NCBI GenBank assembly: GCA_977020255.1
Contig: CDROCS010000253.1
Location: 868,001 to 932,000, forward strand
Origin: Obrimoposthia wandeli
Taxonomy: Eukaryota
Reading direction: 5' to 3'
Length of the DNA: 64,000 nucleotides
In this document: piece by piece, positions 38,364-45,873 of the stretch
How positions within the stretch are numbered: the stretch's first letter is position 1
Layout: every line of letters starts with the position of its first letter
Translations under genes and position numbers: made by a program
The notes under the pieces: generated by a model
Seen by the model: the letters and a program-made list of their open reading frames with translations, nothing else
What the model was told of the DNA's origin: nothing
Databases searched by the model: none

Positions 38364-38678
38364 TATACCCGTTCCACTTGAAGATGCAGGATTCAGCTGG
38401 AATTATAAACGCCTTTAGGCAAGGCATTGATTGAAGAGAATAGTTATTCTATTGTCGAAATCAATAACGTGGCATAAAGCGTTTATAAACCAGCCCTTTG
38501 GGGAGACCTGAGCAAAAAACATTCATCGTTACATTTGTTTTTAAGGACGCTACATGGATGTAACTTATTAGAGAATGCAGGAGCACATTCTCCCGAATAA
38601 CCCTTAACAAAAAAATGTGCCTTGATTATGATTCGCTCCGGCTTCCTGAAACGAGCATCTTCAAGTGGAGCGGGTATA
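38364..38678 (+). mobile_element. ERIC-like/MITE-like element, copy 2 (315 bp)
   Basis: 23-bp terminal inverted repeats TATACCCGTTCCACTTGAAGATG / CATCTTCAAGTGGAGCGGGTATA; best-preserved internal hairpins. Confidence 0.92.
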
Positions 38679-38862
38679 TACATAAATTTTATTTAAGTTA
38701 TTTTTAATGATTATAAATTTAACAACTGCATTCCCCTAGTTCTAGTATCGGTGATAGCAGTGTTCGATCTGAACCATTGGAATGATATTTATTCATTTTT
38801 GGTGTAGTGTGGTCCTGAACGGCAACAAGACTCTTTGATAAAAACTAAAGGAAATAATAATA

Positions 38863-39834
38863 ATGAAAAAATCTATCCTACCAATAGCCGCCTTAATATT
38901 AAGTACTTATATAATGCCAGCTACGGCACAATCAGATTGCGGGGACATCACAATAAGTGAAATGAACTGGGCCTCAGGACAGTTGGTGACATCGGTATCC
39001 AAATTCCTTTTAGAGCAGGGATACGGCTGTAACGTTCAAACCATCCCGACATCTACCGTTCCTTCTGTTGTCTCTCTTGCAGAAACCGGTAAACCTGACA
39101 TCATTACCGAGCTATGGATCACCGCCGTGCCTCTGTATAAAGAGCTTGAAGAACAAGGCAAAGTAATCACGGCAACTCAGGTTCTTTCTGATGGTGGTAG
39201 TAACGCTTGGTGGATTCCGAAATACCTTGTCGACAAACATCCAGTGCTGAAAACCATAGAAGGCGTCCTGGCTAACCCAGAACTGGTTGGCGGTCGTTTC
39301 CATAATGCACCGAACGGCTGGGGCATGCGAACCACGAACGACAACTTGATCAAGGCATTCGACTTTGCTGGCAATAAGATGGATGTTTTCAACCATGGCT
39401 CCGGTGAAACACTGGCCGCCTCTATTGCATCAGCTTACAACGCTCAGGAACCATGGTTCGGCTACTACTGGGCACCAACTTCTGTCTTGGGTAAGTATGA
39501 TATGGTTGCCGTAGATATGGGCGCTTATGATGAGGCAGCCTATACCTGCGCTGAAAGTAAAGAATGTGCTAACCCGCAAAAGACCTCGCTGCCAAGCGCC
39601 TCGGTAGTGACTGCAATAACCACTGATCTGGCAACACGTGAGCCAGAAGTACTCGCGCTGATGAAGAAGCTCTCCTTTACTAACAAGCAGATGAGTCAAT
39701 TACTGGCCTGGCAAGAAGCTAATAAAGCCTCTTCTGAAGAGGCTGCCGTTCACTTTATTACCACGCGGCAGGATATCTGGTCAGCGTGGCTCAGCGAAGA
39801 TGCCCGCAAAAACCTTGCACCTCTGATGAAATAA
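38863..39834 (+). CDS. Glycine betaine/proline-type ABC transporter substrate-binding protein
   Basis: Signal peptide, CGDITISEMNWAS, LEQGYGC, ELW, WWIPKY and YYWAPT. Confidence 0.88.
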   Translation: MKKSILPIAALILSTYIMPATAQSDCGDITISEMNWASGQLVTSVSKFLLEQGYGCNVQTIPTSTVPSVVSLAETGKPDIITELWITAVPLYKELEEQGKVITATQVLSDGGSNAWWIPKYLVDKHPVLKTIEGVLANPELVGGRFHNAPNGWGMRTTNDNLIKAFDFAGNKMDVFNHGSGETLAASIASAYNAQEPWFGYYWAPTSVLGKYDMVAVDMGAYDEAAYTCAESKECANPQKTSLPSASVVTAITTDLATREPEVLALMKKLSFTNKQMSQLLAWQEANKASSEEAAVHFITTRQDIWSAWLSEDARKNLAPLMK

Positions 39835-40001
39835 ACTGCATTAACGATGGGACCAGTAAACAAGTATTGATATTGGTCCTCTCCCCCACATATTGACAGC
39901 AAATATTGCAACAAAATCAAGATGCCATAAATATAAAGCAACAACAGTTACCCTGATAAGAAATTATCCGAACGGGGTAAAATAAACAGGAAATATTTAA
40001 T

Positions 40002-41042
40002 ATGTCATTTTATGACTCGCTATTCGATTCACTTGGCTTACAGGACTGGTGCAGTAACGAAGCTAAAGGCGGCCCAATGACCATGGCTGAACTATTAGCA
40101 CAAAGCAAAGGTACTGCGGCAACCGAAGAGACTTCTCTCTGGAATATGCCTTTCCCATCACTCGATAATCTCCATGGCGCTTGCAACAGTATCCCTCGTA
40201 CGCGAGATATGACTTCAGGTGTCGAGCAGCTTTTTCTCAACATTAAAAGCAGTCTTCAATTTGTACTTGATCCCCTCACACAGCCTCTGAGCTGGCTATT
40301 GGATGGCTCTATCTGGTTGTTTGTTGCTACGCCTTGGTGGCTTTTGATCGGATTAACACTGCTCACTGTGCAACGAGTGACTCGTTCAAAAGGCGCTACG
40401 TTGCTGACCGCTATTACTTGGTTCTTCCTCGCCTTTATCGACCACTATTCTTACGCCGTGCAAACCATGGCGATTATCTTTGTCTGTACGGGGATCAGTG
40501 TTTTACTCGGCGTTCCCATCGGTATAGCGATGTCAAAATACGATAGATTTCAAAAAGGTGTTATTCCGATTCTTGATATGCTGCAAACCTTGCCCTCCTT
40601 TGTTTATCTAATTCCACTCATCTTTCTGTTCAGTGTCACCGAATCCAAATTATATGGCATTGCAATTATTATGTACGCGATAGTGCCAGTCATTAGGCTC
40701 ACTGATTTGGGTATACGATTAGTCGATAAGGATATTATTGAAGGGGCTAATGCCTTCGGTATGAGCGCCCGTCAGAAATTATTCAATGTTGAACTGCCAC
40801 TGGCACTACCCAACATCATGGCCGGCATTAACCAGACTATTATGATGTCACTGGCGATGGTGGTTATCGCATCATTAGTATCTGCACCGGGTCTTGGGGT
40901 ATTGGTATTGCGGGGGATTAATAACCTTGAGCTCGGTGTGGGACTAGTCTCTGGTTTCTGTATCGTAATTTTGGCAATCTTACTAGATCGTGTCAGTAAA
41001 GCAACGCTAGCACGGATTGATGTATCTCAATCTAACACCTGA
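40002..41042 (+). CDS. ProW-type ABC permease with a long N-terminal extension
   Basis: ILDMLQTLPSFVYLIP, IRLTDLGIR, EAA-like EGANAFG, LPNIMAGINQTIMM and APGLG. Confidence 0.92.
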   Translation: MSFYDSLFDSLGLQDWCSNEAKGGPMTMAELLAQSKGTAATEETSLWNMPFPSLDNLHGACNSIPRTRDMTSGVEQLFLNIKSSLQFVLDPLTQPLSWLLDGSIWLFVATPWWLLIGLTLLTVQRVTRSKGATLLTAITWFFLAFIDHYSYAVQTMAIIFVCTGISVLLGVPIGIAMSKYDRFQKGVIPILDMLQTLPSFVYLIPLIFLFSVTESKLYGIAIIMYAIVPVIRLTDLGIRLVDKDIIEGANAFGMSARQKLFNVELPLALPNIMAGINQTIMMSLAMVVIASLVSAPGLGVLVLRGINNLELGVGLVSGFCIVILAILLDRVSKATLARIDVSQSNT

Positions 41043-41053
41043 GGCAGTGAATA

Positions 41054-42109
41054 ATGACAGCTAATATAAAAATATCTATCAAAAAACTCTATAAAATATT
41101 TGGCCCTGAGCCAGAAATGGCGCTGCAACATGTTAAAAATGGCATTGAAAAACCCGATCTTCTGGAACAACACGGTCATGTATTAGGCTTGAAAGATATC
41201 AACATCGATATGTTAGATGGCCAGATCACTGTGATTATGGGCTTGTCTGGTTCTGGAAAATCTACTTTAATTCGCCATTTTAATCGGCTGATAGAACCCA
41301 CTGATGGTCAGATCTTGATCGACGGTATTAATGTGATGGACTTATCTGATAAAGAGCTGCGTAAAATGCGTCAATCAGATATGTCGATGGTGTTTCAGAA
41401 TTTTGCCCTACTGCCTCATAAAACCGTATTGGAAAATGCGGGTACGGCTCTGCGAGTCAGAGGGGTCTCAGCAGAAAATGCCGATATCGAAGCTAAAAAA
41501 TGGCTCGACCGAGTTGGTCTGACCGGTTTTGAAGGACACTATCCACATCAGCTATCCGGTGGTATGCAGCAACGAGTGGGTATCGCCCGAGCGCTGACCT
41601 CAAACTCGGCAGTGATGCTAATGGATGAAGCTTTTTCAGCACTGGATCCATTGATCCGTAATGATATGCAAGATCTACTACTAGCACTTCAAAAAGAGCT
41701 GCACAAGACGATTATCTTTATCAGCCATGATCTAGATGAAGCGCTTAAACTAGCCGACCATCTGGTTATCCTCAAAGATGGTGAAGTAATTCAACAAGGT
41801 GAACCCCAGCATATTCTATTAAACCCTTGCGATCCTTACATTGAAAGTTTTGTCAGCGAGATTAATCGAGTACGAGTACTGCGAGTACGTTCAGTGATGC
41901 AATCGCTACTTGATAAACCCTTAGATACCGTTGGCAGTGTAGACGTCAACGCTACGCTAGAAGATGTGATCTCTTATTCAGGCGGCGACACTAACAAGGT
42001 GTACTTAGTCAAGAAAGAAGGCGAAGCGGTAGGGACTATCTGCATGAAAGACTTAGTGCGTGCTCTGGTACCCAGAGTTCCCTCTCAAAAAGAGACTCTT
42101 ACAGCGTAG
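41054..42109 (+). CDS. ProV-type ABC ATP-binding subunit
   Basis: Walker A GLSGSGKST, LSGGMQQRV, MDEAFSALDP and ISHDLDEA; C-terminal CBS-like region. Confidence 0.95.
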   Translation: MTANIKISIKKLYKIFGPEPEMALQHVKNGIEKPDLLEQHGHVLGLKDINIDMLDGQITVIMGLSGSGKSTLIRHFNRLIEPTDGQILIDGINVMDLSDKELRKMRQSDMSMVFQNFALLPHKTVLENAGTALRVRGVSAENADIEAKKWLDRVGLTGFEGHYPHQLSGGMQQRVGIARALTSNSAVMLMDEAFSALDPLIRNDMQDLLLALQKELHKTIIFISHDLDEALKLADHLVILKDGEVIQQGEPQHILLNPCDPYIESFVSEINRVRVLRVRSVMQSLLDKPLDTVGSVDVNATLEDVISYSGGDTNKVYLVKKEGEAVGTICMKDLVRALVPRVPSQKETLTA

Positions 42110-42131
42110 ACCAGAAAATTTAGAAAAATCG

Positions 42132-43085
42132 CTATAGCAATCTCATGTCGTGTACGCGCTTATTGATTAACTTACCGCATTGTTCTTTTAATAAGTTGCG
42201 TAGCCATATCTGTGCAGCTGAGTGTTCACAGCGAGGGTGCCAGATAAGTGAATATTCAAAAGGTTTAAACTCAAAGGGTAACGGTTTCACAATAAGATTA
42301 TGTTTTTCTGCCACTAAATAGGCCAAATCAGCAGGCACTGTAATAATCAGCGGCATTTTATCAACAATCGCTAACGCAGCTTCTAAATGATAAGCCCGTA
42401 ACACGGTTTTGGGTTTTTGATGGTCACTAAGCGCACCATCAATCAGTGCTTTCACGCCATCACTAATAGCAATTAAGGCATGAGGATAAGCAAGATAATC
42501 AGCTAAGGTTATCTCTTTGTCTGCAAGCGGATGGGATTTCGATAACATGCAAAAAACACTAACTAAACCCAGTTTTTCGTGCGCTAATGGCTCAATACTA
42601 TGAGTAGGATGACAGATCGCCATATCACAGCCTTCTGTGGTTAATTGCTCAAGCATCTGTCCATGCTGAAGTGGCGGAAATTCCAGTGAGATATTAGGCG
42701 CTTTTTCATAAATGTGCGGTAATGCATAGGGCAAAATAGTCTGCATTGCATAATCGGTCGTGGCGATAGCAAAATGCTGTCGGCATTGTTTTGGATCGAA
42801 ATTTGTTGGAGACAGTAAAATCCGCAACGATTCTAACGGTTCATTGACAGCAAGACTTATTTCGATAGCACGTTGTGTAGGCTGAAGGTGTTGTCCATGA
42901 CGAATAAAAAGCGGGTCATTGAGCAACTCCCTTAACCTTCCTAAAACCCGGCTCATCGCTGATTGGCTTAAGTTTAGCCTGACTGCCGAGCGCCTAACAC
43001 TGCCCTCTTCTATCAGTACTTTTAACGCCACTAATAGGTTTAAGTCGCGGCGGTAGACTTCTTCTAACTCCATATTTTCATCCAC
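42132..43085 (-). CDS. LysR-family regulator (NodD/YidZ-like)
   Basis: DLNLLVAL...LSQSAMSRVLGRLRELLNDPLF and C-terminal WHPR...WLR. Confidence 0.93.
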   Translation of the reverse strand: MDENMELEEVYRRDLNLLVALKVLIEEGSVRRSAVRLNLSQSAMSRVLGRLRELLNDPLFIRHGQHLQPTQRAIEISLAVNEPLESLRILLSPTNFDPKQCRQHFAIATTDYAMQTILPYALPHIYEKAPNISLEFPPLQHGQMLEQLTTEGCDMAICHPTHSIEPLAHEKLGLVSVFCMLSKSHPLADKEITLADYLAYPHALIAISDGVKALIDGALSDHQKPKTVLRAYHLEAALAIVDKMPLIITVPADLAYLVAEKHNLIVKPLPFEFKPFEYSLIWHPRCEHSAAQIWLRNLLKEQCGKLINKRVHDMRLL

Positions 43086-43278
43086 AATATAACCATAAGA
43101 GGCTCATTATGAACAACAGCAAACGAGACAGCCATCTATTAATAATAAAACAGCCTTATAATTAATCGATACAAACCTATAGTTGCGTTTTATGCATGTA
43201 CATTATGATTTTTATTCATTTGCGTAATGTATTTGCTTTCTTTACTATCCCGCGTTTTTAATGCGATAGGCAACTTCT

Positions 43279-43452
43279 ATGTTTTCACAGTCACTCTTTG
43301 CACAGCTAATACGCATGGTGCTGCTACTTATACTTACGCTTTATGGTGTGCATCACTACCAACCATTAATAGATACCTTAGCTGAACATGCGACAAGCGG
43401 CGGCTGCCACCAGCAAATTTCACTTCAACACGAACATATGGAACAGCATTAA
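43279..43452 (+). CDS. Small (57 aa) membrane-anchored His-rich protein, absent from the ORF track
   Basis: Hand translation MFSQSLFAQLIRMVLLLILTLYGVHHYQPLIDTLAEHATSGGCHQQISLQHEHMEQH; AGG 8 nt upstream; the stop TAA overlaps the MFS ATG (TAATG). Confidence 0.7.
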   Translation: MFSQSLFAQLIRMVLLLILTLYGVHHYQPLIDTLAEHATSGGCHQQISLQHEHMEQH

Positions 43453-44666
43453 TGAGCATTTTTCGTTTTCCACTGTTAGTTTGGCTGGGTATCGCAATAT
43501 TAATTGTCAGTTTAGGGATCAGACAGTCGTTTGGTATCTTCATGCTACCGATTTCAGACACATTTAATACCGGCCGTGAATTTTTCAGTTTTACCATCGC
43601 ACTGCAAAATTTGCTATTTGGTGTATTCCAACCTTTTGTTGGTATGGCAGCTGACCGCTGGGGACCCAAGCGCATTATTATATTGGGTGCCGTGGCTTAT
43701 GCCTCCGGCCTGTATCTGACGTCAATCACAACAGATCCAAGTTGGTTATATCTCACCCTTGGTACTTTGGTTGGATTTGGGCTAAGTGCGACAAGTTATG
43801 TTATTATTCTTGGGGCCGTTGCTCGCGTGGTTCCCGCAGAACACACAGCAAAAGCGTTTGGTTTAACTACCGCTGCTGGCTCATTTGGCATGTTTGCCGT
43901 GATCCCTGGGGCACAAGCACTGTTAAGCAATGTTGGCTGGCAGAGCGCTCTACAAATTTTTGCATTCATATGTTGTTTGATAATCGCTTTTGCCGCTTTT
44001 ATAAAGAATACCAACATTTCATCGAAGACAAATACACCTATTGATGATTCACAAAGCTTAACCCAAGCGCTAAAAGAAGCCTTTAATCATCGCGGTTATT
44101 GGCTTATCCACGCTGGTTTCTTTATTTGTGGTTTCCATGTGATGTTTATTGCTATTCATCTTCCTAGCTACCTCGCAGATAAAGGTCTACCTGCTGCCAC
44201 TGCTGCAATGGCGTTGGCCTATGTTGGCATTTTCAATATCTTCGGATCTTACTTCTGGGGCGTGATGGGTGATAAGTTCGACAAACGTTATGTCATGACA
44301 TCCCTGTATCTAATACGATCGGTGGTCATTGCCGGTTTTGTTGTACTACCTGTTACTGTCGATACGGCCACTATTTTTGGCGCCGCTATTGGTTTTTGTT
44401 GGTTAGGCACAGTGCCACTCACCTCGGGTTTGGTAAGGCAGATTTTTGGAGCTCGATACATGTCAACACTGTACGGGCTAGTATTTTTCACCCATCAAGT
44501 AGGTAGCTTTTTAGGTGCTTGGGTTGGCGGACTAGTGTATGACTACTACGGCTCTTACGAACCAATTTGGTGGTCAACCGTGGTACTGGCACTCTGCGCG
44601 GCCTTGATCCACCTTCCTATTAATGATCGCCCAGTTCCTCGCTTAGCACTAGCGACTGCTGCCTGA
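43452..44666 (+). CDS. MFS transporter
   Basis: GIRQSFG, GMAADRWG, TAAGSFG, FICGFHV, WLGTVPLT and HQVGSFLG; about 12 TM segments. Confidence 0.93.
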   Translation: MSIFRFPLLVWLGIAILIVSLGIRQSFGIFMLPISDTFNTGREFFSFTIALQNLLFGVFQPFVGMAADRWGPKRIIILGAVAYASGLYLTSITTDPSWLYLTLGTLVGFGLSATSYVIILGAVARVVPAEHTAKAFGLTTAAGSFGMFAVIPGAQALLSNVGWQSALQIFAFICCLIIAFAAFIKNTNISSKTNTPIDDSQSLTQALKEAFNHRGYWLIHAGFFICGFHVMFIAIHLPSYLADKGLPAATAAMALAYVGIFNIFGSYFWGVMGDKFDKRYVMTSLYLIRSVVIAGFVVLPVTVDTATIFGAAIGFCWLGTVPLTSGLVRQIFGARYMSTLYGLVFFTHQVGSFLGAWVGGLVYDYYGSYEPIWWSTVVLALCAALIHLPINDRPVPRLALATAA

Positions 44667-44884
44667 CATAGTTAACAACTAATCGGTCTGTGGGAGAGTA
44701 ATAAAGTTCCCCACTCAAAACTAGGCTAACTAGTTTCATATTTTACCGTAATAGAGTCTTTTAGTCCTGAACAAAGCTCATCCCATCTAACGTTCACTTA
44801 GCTACCTCAGTTCAGATGAAAAGATAGCAGAAAAATAGCATATTCAAGCCAGTCTACTACAGGAAAAAATACTCAAATATAAAC

Positions 44885-44916
44885 AAAAAAACCAGTCATA
44901 AACTGACTGGTTTTTT
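44885..44916. terminator. Bidirectional intrinsic terminator
   Basis: A7-CCAGTCA-taaac-TGACTGG-T6 between convergent MFS and PEP-CTERM genes. Confidence 0.85.
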
Positions 44917-44943
44917 GAATAGGATTAGTTTAACAAAACTAAA

Positions 44944-45642
44944 TTATGACGTGACTTTTTTACGTCTGGCTGTAATACCAAGTAAGGCTAAAGCAAATAA
45001 TGCAATAGATGATGGTTCAGGCACATTGGTTGTTGGTCCGCAGTTATTATCACATTCATTTCCATAAAAGGATATGTGAGACAGATCTTTTGGCGACCCC
45101 GCATTTCCACCATTCGTGTTTAAAGGGGTCGTCCAAGCGCCTGTTGTGACGCTGACCGCTAAATCTAGGCACTCTACAGAAAACTCGCCAAATAATGCAC
45201 AAGTAGCATTATTAGCTACAGTATCATCGATCATCCAATTTAAAACAAAGCTATTAGAAGCCTTTGCCACCCAATAAGAAACACCCGGATATTCTGAGCC
45301 GGTATAGTGCCATTGTCCTGTTCCACTGTCACCTGGGTGTGTTTGATTTGTTAAATTATTAACATCAAAATTCCAATCAGAATCTTGTGATGGTGTTACA
45401 AATTCATTGTTATCCCCAAATTTACCCATTATTTTCGCAAAAACGGGGGAATTGGTAGTTGGCACATGTGTTATTTTACAGTTCTCAAAGCCCTGACCAA
45501 AATAACCACTACAATCATTATTACCTTCTGTAATCAATATAGAAACTTGAGTTAATGAAGCATTAACAAAAAAGCTAGTGAAAAGAGAAGCTGCTATTAA
45601 TATTGCCTTTGAAAAAAAATTTTTTGAAAGCATAATATTCAC
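44944..45642 (-). CDS. PEP-CTERM sorting-domain surface protein
   Basis: Signal peptide; C-terminus VPEPSSIALFALALLGITARRKK (PEP, TM helix, basic tail); several Cys. Confidence 0.95.
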   Translation of the reverse strand: MNIMLSKNFFSKAILIAASLFTSFFVNASLTQVSILITEGNNDCSGYFGQGFENCKITHVPTTNSPVFAKIMGKFGDNNEFVTPSQDSDWNFDVNNLTNQTHPGDSGTGQWHYTGSEYPGVSYWVAKASNSFVLNWMIDDTVANNATCALFGEFSVECLDLAVSVTTGAWTTPLNTNGGNAGSPKDLSHISFYGNECDNNCGPTTNVPEPSSIALFALALLGITARRKKVTS

Positions 45643-45686
45643 CTAAAATAATTCAATTATCATAATCATCTATATAAAAATAAGCC

Positions 45687-45702
45687 TGCAAAAAGCGTAC
45701 CT
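45687..45702 (-). promoter_or_regulatory. Sigma-54 promoter of the PEP-CTERM gene (AGGTACGCTTTTTGCA)
   Basis: GG-N10-GC with TTGCA at -12, 45 bp upstream of the start codon. Confidence 0.7.
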
Positions 45703-45775
45703 TAGACTAAAAGCCTTTGTTATATATAGCCTTATTGATTTAATTGTAAGTTTTAATTCTTAAAAAAATAAAAAG

Positions 45776-45792
45776 TGTAAAATTTATTGACA
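45776..45792. promoter_or_regulatory. Enhancer-like site TGT-N11-ACA (TGTAAAATTTATTGACA), candidate PrsR-type activator site
   Basis: Typical enhancer-binding-protein dyad about 75 bp upstream of the sigma-54 motif. Confidence 0.55.
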
Positions 45793-45873
45793 GTGTGAAC
45801 AAGGTTATTAATGCTGTGTTATCTTTATTACAATAATTTTGCCATAATCACTATCTAATATTCACTTGTAATT

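Noticed and set aside
38483-38683. 66-aa ORF MYIPAPLEDARFRKPERIII... and the related ORFs 60303-60515 and 60364-60675
   Set aside because: They lie in or start from the inverted-repeat element and diverge by frameshift between copies; these are translation artefacts.
38690-38862. Possible riboswitch or BetI-type operator upstream of the ABC binding protein (GTTCGATCTGAAC dyad)
   Set aside because: No match to glycine, TPP, SAM, cobalamin or c-di-GMP aptamer cores that I can recognise; the dyad is short and unsupported.
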